Shown here in pieces: positions 13,380-28,922 of a DNA stretch of 64,000 bases (position 1 is the stretch's first letter; each line of letters begins with the position of its first letter). Source of the stretch: Chrysomallon squamiferum (lineage: Eukaryota; Animalia; Mollusca); contig CM022666.1 in NCBI GenBank assembly GCA_012295275.1, forward strand, positions 14,632,001 through 14,696,000, read 5' to 3'. The position numbers were made by a program, and so were the translations under genes. The notes beneath the pieces were generated by a model that worked only from the letters and a program-made list of their open reading frames with translations, did not search any database and was not told the origin of the DNA.

Positions 13380-13964
13380 GTAGCAGTATCAGATTTTTTT
13401 ACTTTTCCAGAACACAGGAAGTAGAACGTAACAGCTACGGGTGGGTTCAGACAATTTATTCGATGTCACACAAAAATGAAGACAAGGAAAAACACCCTAC
13501 GAGAACAATAAAACAACAATAAATATCACATCATAGAGTACATATAGCATCAAGTTATAGAATAATTTATGTATATATATAACATTTATATCACAATTTA
13601 AGCAAATGTATATCTATAATACTATTCATCTCATCATAAAATAATGTAAATTGAATTATCTTGCTTTAAATCCTGAGTATTTAATGCCAAACTATAAAAG
13701 CATTTGATAACATAAAGCAAATACATGTAATAAATACACTTGATTAACATGACAAATACAACTAGTCATATACCACAGTTATACATGACAAACTGATATT
13801 TGACAAACATAATACATAAAAACTCATACCAGGTAGATGACACCTGGGTGTAAGAAACTGGATTCTCCAGCACACTGAACGAGAACAGGACAATCTACAA
13901 ATCAAATACAAGACATATAAAAGAAACTACCGACAATTACACAATTAACACATCACATATCGCC

Positions 13965-13979
13965 AACCACGATGCACCA
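13965..13979 (-). promoter_or_regulatory. Primer-binding site (tRNA identity uncertain: Gly-like first 10 nt, or imperfect iMet)
   Basis: TGGTGCATCGTGGTT on the minus strand, 5 nt after ...TGTACA. Confidence 0.7.
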
Positions 13980-13984
13980 AAACA

Positions 13985-14656
13985 TGTACACACACACATA
14001 AAAAATACACATACAAAATACATATACACAATTGACATTTCATTCAGATTGTATGTTTTCTTTAAGCCAGCTATCTTGAACAAATGTTTATTCAATGTAA
14101 TTTAATCCATATATCCAATATAAATAATAATTACTTTAAATATTCATAAAGTAATTAAACAAGTACTTTCTAATGGTGTTAAATAACAATGCATGTATAC
14201 AAAACATACACATATTAAATAAAACAAAATACAGACTAACCTTTCAGATAATATCCACTTTCAAATAATAAATTCAGTTCCACCTTTAAAAATGAAATCT
14301 GGCCTGACAGTATAATCTTAGCAGGAGAAATAAACCTGAACACTTGAGCCAAGTTGTTTATTCCCTGATGGGCTTGGGAGAGGAGTTTGGGAACAATAGT
14401 TAACACGCAAGGCAAGTAACGTGTGTTAGTACAGTGTAAGCTGAATGAAACAATCACCACAATGACAAGTTACCAGCCTATTGTTTGGCATAACCTGGCT
14501 AGGGATAAAATAAAACTTTAGTTACACAATAAGCTGACAGGAGGCAAGCTGTAAATAAAACCTTACATTAATGACCAAGCCTGCTAAAAAGCAAATATCT
14601 GCAAATAAAACATTAAATACAAATCCTAACTAAAACAAATACCACATACTTCCACA
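13985..14656 (-). repeat. 5' LTR (inferred 672 bp, TGT...ACA)
   Basis: 14213-14656 is shared with the 3' LTR; extension to 13985 inferred from ACA end adjacent to the PBS. Confidence 0.75.
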
Positions 14657-14834
14657 TAAGTTATAATACAGTGCTTCTACTAATTCAGGAAGATGCTAAA
14701 ATACAGTAACCTATGAAATTTAATGATGTTGTTAAAAAATGTTATTTCTTTTAGTAATTTTTAGAAATCTATGAAACGTTTTTTATTTTATTTATACATA
14801 TATATATATATTATTTTATTTTATTTTCCTCACA

Positions 14835-17155
14835 TAAAGGAAAGTGGAGCTGAAAGGCCAAATATATGAAAGTTGGATACAGAGGAAGACAAAAAGTCAA
14901 GCCATTTCTTCATGCTATTCTTTGAAACGCCTGGGACAAGTATTTTGACACCTGCACCTACTACAAGTTTATTGGAATCTGAAGATATATCGCGTACAAA
15001 TGCGTCACAGGCTAAAGAGGAATAAAGTCAGATAAATCTGTGTATGAGATTCAGAGTGAAGGTGCCAGAGAGGATGTTGACGTGACAGTAGGGGAAGACG
15101 ATGGAGCTGGCGATGTTGATGCTGAATGTATTCTCAAAAATGTACCTGAGAAGACTGAACGTAAACACACGGAACCTAGTGAAGTGGATGGTAGGTGTCA
15201 AAGAGCCTCGAACTGCCATACCAGAAGTAATTAAACACCATGACATTCGACTTCTGAAGTTCGACAAGAATACCAGAAAAACAGTTCTGTATGACGCATT
15301 AAGAACAGAAATTATCAAGATGGAATCAAACTATTTCCAGAAAAGTGAGGGTTATTTTCTACGAACAAACAATCGCTGAGTGAACAAAACTTGGTTCAAC
15401 AGAAAACTGGGGAATGGTTACAGTGAGGAAGTGACTCGCTCTGGGCTGGTCTATTTCCCTTCTAAAAACTCAGCATGTTGCATCTGTTATCTTCTGTATT
15501 CAAGGTCAGACGATCAATTCTCATTGGAGCAAGAAAGTGGATTCAACAGTGCAATTCACCTGAAACGTTTACTGTTCATGAAAATGAAGAGCTTCACCCA
15601 GTGGAAAGAAATGGAAAGAACGTTAATTTAGAACAGAATGAATGACTTGGAACTTCAATCACAAAGAAGGAAAAGCATAAGTGGCGTGATTGTTTAACAA
15701 GAATCCTTCACTGCATAACTCTCCTTGCAACTCAGAAACTGGCTTTGCGAGGACACGGAGAGCCACTTCAGCAAGATAAAGATCTTGGCTCCAATGTGGA
15801 AAGAAGATTGGCTTAATGAAACTACTGGCTATTTCTGACCCTGTCATGAAAGAACACTTGACCTATGTGAAAGGTCATACTGAATCAATGTCTTATCTTT
15901 CACCAGGAGCCCCTATGGAATTCATCCATCTGATGGCATCCAGTGTTTCCTAAGAAGCATTCGTAGAGCCAAGTACTCTTGTGTCATGTTCGACTCGACT
16001 CCTGCTCAAGCACGCCGTGATCAGATGTCAGACGTAGTGAGTTACGTGCAAGTTGATTTCAGAGGAAACAGCTCTTCCTTATATTGACCAGATATGCCAG
16101 AAGGATGCTCAGAGCTTGGTTGACGACACCTTGAAACAGATAGAGAAAAACGAAGTGGAGCTACAAGATTGTCGGTCACAGTGGTATCACAAAGCTGTTG
16201 TGATGGCTGGGCACATACGTGGTGTTAGCAGGATCCAATGATGGTCACATTTTCTGGAAACATCCAACCTCTGTATGTGTTGTTCTCTCGTTCAACACAG
16301 AGTTTGGAAAAACTATGCCAATGGTTGTTAAATCAGAGTCAGAAACCAAGTGAAGTGCGAGGACAGAAGCAGTAAACTGCGTCAGTAAAGTACCTTATGG
16401 GGATACTGTGAGTCCTGCAGGATACGACAGGCAATGAAAATCAGATAAGTGAAAGAAGAAAAGATGCAAGTTAGCTGTATAACCTCTTATTGAGTTACGA
16501 TTTTCTAACTTTGCTAGGATTTTGGGACAAAATACTTATTTTCACTGACCGAGTTCAAAAGAGGCTGCAGGATCCTAACACGAAGTTTCATGATCCTTTT
16601 GATGATAGAAGAGAAGTGTGGGTCAGTGAGTGACTCGAAGAACGGAATTTTGATGTAGAAAGAAGTCGGAGACGAAAGCTACGAATGGCTGGTGAGAACT
16701 CAAGAGATGCTGGGATAACAACTAAGGAGGTAATTGAAAGAGTCATGAAGGTAACACTCAACCGTCTTCACCGAAAAATGGATGAACGGTTCACTCGTTT
16801 GTATGACACAGATATCAAGTTTGCGTTCCTTCTCGATGACGAGGCACTGAGTTACAGTATCGACACCAATGAGCTAAAGAAGAAGCGTGGAGGTTTATGT
16901 CAACTGTACAGCTCTGATATTGATGGACATCAGCTACATGAAAAAATACTGGATTGCTGAATGCTGCTGTCAAGTTGTACCAACATGAAGATAACAAGAC
17001 CTGAAGAACCTCTCAAATTCATTATACAGTGTCTTTCCTAATCTTCGCAGATTTTTCAGATAATGCTAACCATAGCAATTTCCATTGCCAGCTGCGAGAC
17101 ATCATTTAGCAAGATGAAACACTTTTGTGAGCTTCTATGGGTCAAGACAGACTCT
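14835..17155 (+). mobile_element. Decayed hAT transposon, ZMYM1-like transposase (TTF zinc finger, DUF4371, hAT dimerisation domain), copy 1
   Basis: Fragments KTWFNRKLGNG...TRSGLVYFPSKNSACCICYLL, LATQKLALRGH, MFDSTPAQA..DQMS, DCRSQWYHKAVVMAG, MLTIAISIASCETSFSKMK; many stops and frameshifts; both termini missing. Confidence 0.88.
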
Positions 17156-17533
17156 ATGACAACAACAATAATAACAACAAGTTTAACGACAACAATAATA
17201 ATAACAATGATTTCAATAACAACTAAAACAACAATACTAACAATATCACTACTGCTAGTAGTCATAGTAGAAATAATAATATAACAATATTTTATCTGTC
17301 GGAAGACGTATATAAAAAGTATCTTTTTTCTAATAGTAGACTTTACAGTAAAGACAACGACTTTCGTTTCTTACAGTACTAAACACAATATAACAGAAAT
17401 CAGAGTAAGTCTACAAAACTGCATTAAGGAGACGCTAATAACAAAGTAAAATCATCATGATCATCACATTAACAACTGCTACAACTACAACAACAACCAC
17501 AGTAATAATATAAGAACAAAAAAGTGATCTTAC

Positions 17534-17765
17534 CTAAGTAAAAATTCAGTGTTGTTTTAAGATAAAGTTGACAGTTATTTTCTTTTAATCTTCAACTCAG
17601 ACTTGGTCCAGTTGCGAGTCCTTCGTCTTTTTTATATCAGTCCTGCAGAAATAGTCCCACACTGCAGAATCCTCAAATCTCCTTATATGGCTTGATTTAA
17701 CCACTGCGGTAATATTACTACGCCGTGGCACGACTGTCTTTTAAAGAGCGTCGTAACAACCTTTT
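17534..17765 (-). promoter_or_regulatory. Orphan paralog of the TRIM 5' region / putative non-coding first exon
   Basis: Reverse complement aligns to about 44198-44430 (CTCTTTAAAAGA, GGCGTAGT.ATATTACCGCAGTGGTTAA, ATAAGGAGATTT, GTGGGACTATTT); ends in a strong donor TAG/GTAAGA at 17533. Confidence 0.6.
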
Positions 17766-17994
17766 GGAGAGAGGGGGCCAGACAGTTATGTAGTGTTTTG
17801 CGGGAGGACCAAGATATCAAATATATCAGACACACACACACACATAAAAACACATATAAACACACACACACCGATATATATCTCTCTGTCAGTTCTGTCT
17901 TCAATACTGAGCACCAAAAAGGGATTCTAGGAGGTCTGGAGGTTTAAAGAAAAAACAACGAAGTTAATGTAACAACTGATGTCCAAGTGTTCAG

Positions 17995-18060
17995 GTGGCG
18001 GTCCGGACTAAAATCTCTCGCGGGTCGGATGTGGCCCGCGGACCAAAGTCTTCCGACCCT
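17995..18060. mobile_element. Terminal fragment of a hAT (Charlie/Buster-like) MITE
   Basis: GC-rich CGCGGGTCGGATGTGGCCCGCGGACCAAAGTCTTCCGACCC resembles the GGCCCGCGGGCC...CCGACCCCTG ends of such elements. Confidence 0.55.
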
Positions 18061-21000
18061 TTTTTATCATATACCTCCCTTGCTATAAAGACGTGTCTTT
18101 ACCTGTGTTTGTATATAACCAATGATCACTGCTTATTTGGATTGTGAAACTTGAGTGAGTCACTTCTACACAGAGCCGCATTATAAAATTTCAAGTCGAG
18201 TATACTGTTGTTGGTTTTACTCAGCACATTAGTTTATTTTCTCTTTTTTTTTTTCCTTATTCTTTCCTACTTTTCATATTTATGTTTATTCATTCAGTTT
18301 AATTTTTTTTATTTATTTATTTTTATTTATTTATTTATTTATATATTTGCTTTTACATCTCATTTAAAATTTCAAAGTTTTAATTTTAAAATACTAAAAA
18401 TATTAGCTGTGTGCTCGTGACTTCCGCCACAAAGAAACAATAAATTAACTTTTTAATTAATTAATGTATACATATAAATGAATCCATAAATAGGTACATT
18501 TATAGAAATATACAAATAAATAGATAAATAAATACATATATAAACACACAAACAGACACTAATATTAAATAATTTAATATGTTGATTTCTCCTTATCTGA
18601 TTATTAAACAGACACTGAAGTCTTGATTGTTTTGTTCTTAAGTTTAACATGCATGGGTCAAACGAATATTTGTTTATGATGTAACCATGGCGATGATCTT
18701 TTCTCTTGACTTTGATGAAGTATAGTCATACATCGATTAACCACGAAGAAACATAAATTATAACGTTTCTTTCAATAAAACGAGATTTATATAGGTCAAA
18801 CAACATGTAAAACTAAATTTTAAAATTTGTTTGCACTATTATTCTAAGAAAAATGTTTCAAAACTTATCTGTCGGACACACATGCACTTACACAAACATC
18901 CACATATACTTGTTTGTTTTCTTTGTCATGTTAAAGATTAGTTATATTGTGGTTTAACTGTATTTTAAAATAAACAATCACATTAAAATTAACAACGAGT
19001 ATATCTCTTCAAAATTAATACGGTATTTTAATATATCAATTTCGTTAAACATGTGACATTATTGTTCAGACGTTACTTAATTTGTAGCATTAAAAATAAT
19101 AAAATTATGAAAGAACTGAACACCTCAGATGAGATGTCTACACAAACTGTTTCATGTCTTACGTATTGTCAAATATGTCAGCTTTAAAACAGATCAACGC
19201 AATGAACTGGTTTCAATGAAATTAAAAGGAAAACGAATTTCTGTTGGCTGAGTAGAAAATATTTATCATTTTTTAAACGTTAAATAGAAAATATAAAAGG
19301 CGTGAATCTTACAGTATATCTATAGTTTGTATTACTTGTTTCTGTACAGATAATTTGTGTCATACAACAGATTTTAAACGACTGTTGTCTATATTATGTG
19401 GTCGTATATTCAGTTTACAAATACATTTATTCTGTTTGGCTGTGTCAAATCATTCACTGATACCGCGGGAATAATAGCGTCAAGACGAACGTATTTGATG
19501 TAGCACAAGATGAAAAACAAAATAAAAATTAAGTGAGCGAAAGAAAAAATAACAAATTAATTTTGATTAAATATGAGCTAAACTTCGGCTGTTTCTTGAA
19601 CTAACTTAGGAAAGAAAAATTTAATTTACGAAATAATTCTATTTTAACAATTAACTTTGAAAAAAAAATAAATGAATGAAGAAAGTAAAAAGAAAGAAAG
19701 AAAGAAAGAAAGAAATAAAATGAAAAAAAAAAAAATGTATTGACCGTGATAACCAGATAACAGTTTCGTATATTCTTTAATTAATTTATTAAATCACTAC
19801 TGACAATAATATTCAGTGCTTTTTGATTAAATCTAAATATAAACGATGTATTAATAACAAATATGTACTGATATCTTAATATGATAAATGTTAGGTGTAA
19901 TGTTTTCTTATACCTCTATTTGACACAAGTAGATCTGTATACACCCACATCAAGACAGCTTGATAGATGCATGTAAAGACAGACAAACAAACAGAAAGGT
20001 AGATCTGTCTATACAAACAGAAAGATTATCCATTCTTATGTTGAATTTGTTGAATTTGCCTTAACAATATAAAACTATTGGTTGTTTTGTTTCTTTTTTT
20101 TTTGTTTGTTTGTTTGATTGTCTGTTTGTTTGTTTGTTTGTTTGTTTGTTTGTTTTGTTTTGTTTTGTTTTGATTGTTTGGGTAGTTGGTTAGCTAGTTG
20201 GTATTTTTGTATTACTGATGTGTATTATTGTGGGTTAACAGTGTTTTCAAACAAATAACTAATTCATGTTGAGAATTTGTATATCTCTTCAAAATTGATA
20301 TAATATTTTAATTTCACCAAATTCATTTCTCTTTATTTTTTTCTTTCATATATTTTTGATTTGTTACAGTGTTTGTGTTTGTGCAAGTCACTGGTACAGG
20401 GGTCAAGTTACTGGGTGTACGACTCAAGCAAACAGGCGACATGCAATGAACTCCAACCCCTCTGAATGTAACGTCGTTTTGCCGATGTATATCATGCTGC
20501 TATTGCCTGTCTATGTATGTATCTATGAATGTATATATGTATGTGTATTTTTATTATATACTTCCCCTGGTATTAAAATGTGATTACCTGTATTTGAGTA
20601 ATTTTAACATCATTGATTTAACCTTTTGTTGGTTTTGTAAACTTAACGATTGTCAAATACGAGTGACTGAATAGTAAAGAGTGCAACTTTTTATAACAAC
20701 ATTTTCTTCAGTTTTTGATAAACTAATTCCGTTCTGAAAAAGCTAATTCATATTTCAAATAGTTTTACTTCGTGTACATATGAATGTACATTTAAAAACA
20801 AAATTTATCAGAGTCGGTTTTCTAATACAAGATTTCTATTACTGTATTTCTGTTTGATTAGTTAGTTATTTGCATTATTTCTAAATGTTAAGTTGAACTT
20901 GATTGTGAAGCAGTTTGAGAGATTGAAACCACATGTATGTCTACATACAATTACTTAGCACATTTTAAACAGATTATTCGGCTCCTTGTCTACCTACGCG

Positions 21001-21420
21001 GCATGTATTCTGATGAACTGATTAGATTCAGAAATTTTATACACCTTAGTCTCTTTAAGAATTGCACGTTTTGTTGTTAGCGACGATACAAATAACAGCT
21101 TCTTACAGTGAATGTCTTTGAACGTCCTACATCATTATTACACTGTAAGCTGGGAAAATCTGCTACTCGGGTTACTCGGGTATTTACAAGGTGAAGTGTA
21201 TTTGTGATTTTACAAGTCATAGGTCAATGGGTCAATCCACCTGCATGGTCCATCTGAAGACCTAAAGTTTATTTTTCCTACGATTTTTCTTCTTTATCCA
21301 CTAAAAACTTTCCGTTAAAGTAAATTTTCTTTCATGTGCTAGATAATAAATATCAAATTGGCTGTCCCAAATCTCCTGATACGATTTCTATTAACCACTG
21401 TGGTAACATTACTAACTCTT
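18060..21420 (+). repeat. Older, rearranged paralog of the TRIM upstream region
   Basis: Blocks match 1-450 (19290-19860), 3500-3800 (19980-20300), 4150-4700 (20360-20760), 770-1190 (20790-21130), 1700-1980 (21135-21420), 2700-3000 (18590-18860), with clearly higher divergence than the main arms. Confidence 0.85.
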
Positions 21421-22339
21421 TTGGTCTTTTGTTCTTTTTTTAAAATTATTTCTAAGGTTTCTTTCTGATTTTTCTTGACTAAAGCAGCAAATTCTATTAC
21501 ATATTTTCTACCAGTTGTATTTTCTTCCATATTTTCAGGCATGTTCTAATAAATATTATATATCCTTATTTGATAAATATTTTACATGTTAATTTTGTAT
21601 AACAAGATTTCTTAACGTGTAACCCGATAAATAACACTTAGTATGTAAAAAGATGTTACAAAATAATACAGTTATTACAATTCTCTTGGTGGGCTTTCCT
21701 CGCGAAACAGAAGCGCGTGACACATGATCGCAACACGTGACAAAACAGATTGTTCTTCAGTTTTAAAACTAAACTAAAACTTGTATGTTAAGGTGGGCGT
21801 TTGTCGCATCATGTGACAGAAATACTAATCAGCAGGTGCATAGGTCAAGTTCTGTTATCAGAAGTCCATATCAGTGTTTACACAAATTTTGTTTCAAACT
21901 CCAGCTGAACGTCTGTTGTAAAATTTAATTTTGAAAAATACAAGGTTGACGATGACACGTAGATTTTAAAATATTTGAAAAAGTAGAAATCTGTGACATC
22001 TCTCGTTCACTGGTATTTGCCGTATTCAATTTTATATACATGTATCTCAATAAGCATGATACTTAAAAGATAAAAATACTGTAAAATTAAAATTCATTTA
22101 AGTATCTTCTCCAATGGATTAACTAAACCCTACTAATAATACAAAATTATTATTAATAATAACAATAATAATGTTAATAATAACGGCAGTAATAAGAAAT
22201 AAAGAAATATACAGACAGTCTGATCGTGGTACTGATTTGATTAACAGAAACAATAAACATTAACATGCTTAAACGCAAATACAAACATACTGGCATTATC
22301 TAAACATCTTTGAATAACTCATTAACTAATTTACACCTG

Positions 22340-23855
<1,516 letters not shown>

Positions 23856-24439
23856 TTATTAATATACTGCATTTTGTCATATTTTGTTAGAAACAGGCAG
23901 CTGTCTGTAATTGTTTGAAAAGTGTTTATCTGCGGTACTACAAGTAAAAGTTGAGTTAAAATATTTCACTCTACCAAGTTATTATTTTTAATTTTGTATC
24001 AGCTATCATCACTCATAACAAGTATAACAATGAAATATGTGAAACATTTGAAAGCAGCCATTTTAGGCCACTGCACTGGTGTTGTGACGTCATCACGTAC
24101 AAGACAATAATGCGAGGTGGACTGAAAATGTATCTGTATTAAAATAAATTAAAAACAAATAAATAAAACTAAGAAATGTTACAAATGCAGAACAGATTTT
24201 CTTATCTGTACTTTTTTGTTCTCATACTTTGCAATTAAGATTGGACACAACCACAAATGCCGCATAACTTTGATGTAAACATAATATATTTAGACTTTCT
24301 CTTTCTATCACAACAGTACTCTTTGACTGCAGAGTCCTCAACACGTTTTGCAGAAAACTGTCAGTAACATCTACTTCTCATATACTGACGACAAGTGAGA
24401 GGAAACCGTATGTTTATATCCATCGGCTTCTTTTATTTT

Positions 24440-24471
<32 letters not shown>

Positions 24472-25025
24472 CCATGAAAAAAAAAAACATCAAAACATTC
24501 GTAATAATACAGCCACGGGATTCTGGTTAGAACTGGAATTAGCTGAATAAGAAGACAGTAGAGGTTTGATCCTGTGTTCTTCAACACCTCACGTCAGTGT
24601 TTCATCGACAGGAAAATACAAGTTTCAATAATCAGTGCTGGAACACTCTCTATAACGGGAAACGGACCACAGAATATAATGTTTTATTGTTTATTCATGC
24701 TTATGGGAAAATTCATTCACTTATTCATGCAACAGAAAAAAACTCCACTAAAAATGAAAAAAAAAAAAATCAGAACGTTGTTGTAATTATTACTAACTTT
24801 GAAAACCAATTTGAAACGATTTGTTAATATCCTGGATAATGTGTGTGTGTGTGTGTGTATTGTCATTAACAGTAGTAGTATAAAGAGTAAATTCCGTTAT
24901 ACGTATGTTTCTACATACATAGATCTGCTTACGTATGATGATGATAATGATAATGGAAACTTGAGGATGGTAATAATATTGACAATTATTTTGATAATGA
25001 TGATAATGGTAATAATGATGATTAG

Positions 25026-25088
<63 letters not shown>

Positions 25089-25253
25089 TTGGTTATATAC
25101 AGATAAGTAAACACCAGTACTTACAGAGGCTAACAAAAAGCTAACAAAGACTGGGTGCAAAGCAGCTTGCAGAATCATGTAACGGACAGAACTTCTACGA
25201 CTGTGTGTAACTGACAGCTATACACATTACTAACGAAACTAGCAGCTAGTGAT

Positions 25254-25285
<32 letters not shown>

Positions 25286-25298
25286 GTTGTATATTTGT

Positions 25299-25337
<39 letters not shown>

Positions 25338-25753
25338 TTTTTTATTATTATTATTTATTTTTTGTTTTTTTTTAATCCACAATCTCTGGGGTGTTTGCTA
25401 TAAATGCGCGAATCAGTTATTTCATAGAGCTTGGAATCAGTGGAAATATTTCATTTCGAACAGAAATATGAACGTAATTCAAATGAATATTTTAAAGGAA
25501 CAATAACTCTGCCTTTACTTAGATTATAACCCGGTTGTTACGCGCTATGAATTCTGGAAGATTTCACGATAACTTCCCCTTCGTGTATTAATTGGTGATT
25601 TCCTATTCCAGAACTATTTCATCAAACCATAATTTGCGAAGGATCTAGTATGACAAGGTTATAATTAAGATAACGTATAAACAATGGATTATCGATTAAC
25701 TCATGTTGTTAATACCAATCTTTTAATTATTTTATTATTTATATGATTCTTGG

Positions 25754-25802
<49 letters not shown>

Positions 25803-26239
25803 CGTCACATATTTATAACTGCCACATATATAATGAAATATATTATAAGCACCATAAATATGTAACACATGTCAATAACTGTACGTTAAAAACGAAAGCG
25901 AGCAAGCACAAAACCTCACTCGTAAGTGAAGCATAGATGAGGCTATTCAGTATAGAAGCTTCTCTATGTTCATATGTATGTGTTTGTATGAATATAGGAA
26001 GGTGTGTATCTGTATGTATGTATATTTGAATGTATCTATGTATTTGTGTATGTATAGACACACAGACGAATATATGTTTGTACATGGTTCTCTATGTGAA
26101 GACAGAGTCTAATCTAACGTCCTTAATATAACAGAATATTCATTACTAAATACATACTCAGTAATACATACGTGAATACATACATAGACGAACATCTATA
26201 TATATGCAAACAATACTCTAAAATTCATATACGTGTTTT

Positions 26240-26439
26240 NNNNNNNNNNNNNNNNNNNNNNNNNNNNNNNNNNNNNNNNNNNNNNNNNNNNNNNNNNNNN
26301 NNNNNNNNNNNNNNNNNNNNNNNNNNNNNNNNNNNNNNNNNNNNNNNNNNNNNNNNNNNNNNNNNNNNNNNNNNNNNNNNNNNNNNNNNNNNNNNNNNNN
26401 NNNNNNNNNNNNNNNNNNNNNNNNNNNNNNNNNNNNNNN
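26240..26439. other. Assembly gap (200 N)
   Basis: Run of exactly 200 N, a nominal scaffolding gap length. Confidence 1.
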
Positions 26440-26972
26440 CTTATTTTGTTATTTATTTATTTATTTACTTTTATTATTATTATTATAATTATTATTATTA
26501 TTATTATTTTGTTTTAGTGTACATTTCTGTTTTCTTTCATGTAATTTTCTTTTATTTTAATTTTTATTTATTTATTTTTCATGCCTTTTTTTTTTTTTGT
26601 ATTCCCTTTTTCCTTCCATACTTTTATTTGTCTTCTTTGCAATTTTTAAAAAAGTGTCTATTATGTAATTTAATATGGTCCTTTTAAATTTAATGAGAAT
26701 GACTGTTTTCATTTCTTTTGTATTTCTTATTCCATCTATTTCATTATCTTGTTTCATTCTTTCATTCTTTCCTTTCTATATTTTATTACTTCTTTCTTTC
26801 TTCTTTCTCATATTTCTTTAAACTTGTGTTACATTAATTGTTTCAGATATGAAAAATAACTAATTTGAAAATTATCTATAATCATTGTGAAAGATACATT
26901 GTGTGGCAAAATCTGAAACATTGATATTTTAAATTTTCTTCCAATGGCTAATTTTGTTCTCTTATATATACA

Positions 26973-27016
<44 letters not shown>

Positions 27017-28148
27017 AGACATGTTTTTCATCCTTAAAAAACTCCACTGACTTTATCCACAATTGTAATTAATTTTAAACTGCATTCCTGTTTCGATTAA
27101 TTTCGTTCACGTCTATCTGAGTTTTTGTATTTTTACATCCGGATAGGAACGGTAGTATTTTCACTCACTCACACAGAATTACAGTTTTATTAATTGTAAT
27201 AACTTTTCGAAGTATAATATGCTTTAATTTTATTTCACTACATTACCTGAGCGTTTTTGTTATTTATTGTAATTGTTTTTAACTTGCTGATTGTGTTTAG
27301 CGCACTTGTTGTAATACTACTTATAGCATTTATCTTTGTATTATCGTGGTTTACTAATTTCGTTTGAAAACCTTCAGATGGCACGTTTCAGTCATTGTCC
27401 TTTTATTTTAATTTTCATTATTAGGTGTGGTAACTGATAAAGTAAGTATATTTGTAATATAGTATATATTTATAATTTAATATTTAATATAATTATTATA
27501 TGAAATATTTTTTCAGTCAGTTCCATTTTTATTAAAATTAGAACACTTAAGGTAGATGACAATGTAAGAATGTGTGTTTGTGTTGTTTAATATTAAAGTT
27601 GCAGTGCTATTTTATACTGAGTAGTGGAAAGAGTCTAAATACAGGTGAGTTTAAAAAAATTATATATGTATATATATATATCAGATAAATAAAATTAAAT
27701 CAATTTTAAATAAATAGGAAGAGAACTGAATAATGATGATGATAAGTATTTTATTATTTTTAAATTGTGGGTTGACATCATTTTGCATCAGATTTTAAAA
27801 CAACAGATATGTGAAGTAATTCCATCTGGTCATAAAAACCTTACCATCTGACCTACATTATTTACAGAGATTTATTTTTGAAACATTGAAAAAAGAGAAG
27901 AAAAAAGAGCAAAGAAAACAAAATCAGATTTCTAAAGTTCAAGTTTTTTGTAGAAACAGACTATCAATGCTTCTATGTGATTTAGGAACTGTGGATACCA
28001 CAAGGATTCAGATCACTCATGATGCAGTTAAAAAAACAGATGTTTTCTTTATGGAAGAAATGGTTATAAATGGAGACTGCATCATTGAAGTTGAAACAGA
28101 AAAATGTTCACTCCATTACACACAGCTTGCAACTTTCATCTTTGCTAA

Positions 28149-28292
<144 letters not shown>

Positions 28293-28517
28293 TAAAAGAA
28301 ATCAAATCTATATGTAACTTTATGTAATACAATATAATATGTCTTAATATTTTATATGAATGTTATATATGACATTTAAATAATGTTACGGAGAGGTACT
28401 TAAAATCTGCTTTACTCTAAATACCATACTTAGGACAACAGTGGTAAGTTAAAAATCTTTTATTCAACATAATTTACTGAAAATGTATCATAGATGACAA
28501 GACTTTATGTGTAAACT

Positions 28518-28558
<41 letters not shown>

Positions 28559-28727
28559 TAATTAGTTTGTTTGTTTGTTTGTTTGTTTGTTTCAGAATGT
28601 TAATGAAGTAGATAACAATGGCTGGACATCAGTTCACTGTGCTGCTTATCACAGGAGACTTGATGTTTACAGATGTTGTACAAATGGGGTGGACACCTTG
28701 ATGAAGTTGACAACAATGGAAACACCC

Positions 28728-28922
28728 CAGGTATGCTAATTAAATCAAGCAGAATAATTAAATCAGGTATTGTAATTAAGTCAGGAGAATTAATTAAATG
28801 AAGTATATTAATTAAATCAGGTATGCTAATTAAACTAAGTTATATTAATTTAGCTAGATATGTCAGCTAAATCAGGTGTATCTGTGAAACCAGGTATGTT
28901 AATTAAATTAGGTATTTTAATT
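28728..28922 (+). repeat. Degenerate ~18-bp minisatellite (CAGGTATGCTAATTAAAT) starting at a splice donor
   Basis: About 10-11 units directly after exon end 28730; shorter version at about 51358-51500. Confidence 0.8.

Larger units (their letters stand above)
7567..14656 (-). mobile_element. Ty3/Gypsy LTR retrotransposon, near full length, defective
   Basis: Two near-identical LTRs, PBS, PPT, gag then PR-RT-RH-IN order; no target-site duplication found. Confidence 0.97.

Noticed and set aside
21150-21290. Sushi/CCP-like peptide (ICYSGY...QVIGQW) in a repeated module
   Set aside because: Needs frameshifts in every copy and lacks the Cys before the GxW; not supportable without a search.
24331-24407. 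Possible small exon (CTGCAG...ACC/GTATGT)
   Set aside because: Splice-like borders only; no recognisable peptide or partner exons.
26172-26687. ORFs spanning the N run
   Set aside because: Artefacts of the assembly gap.
28728-28922. Possible CRISPR-like repeat array
   Set aside because: Contiguous degenerate units with no unique spacers, eukaryotic intron context, no cas genes.
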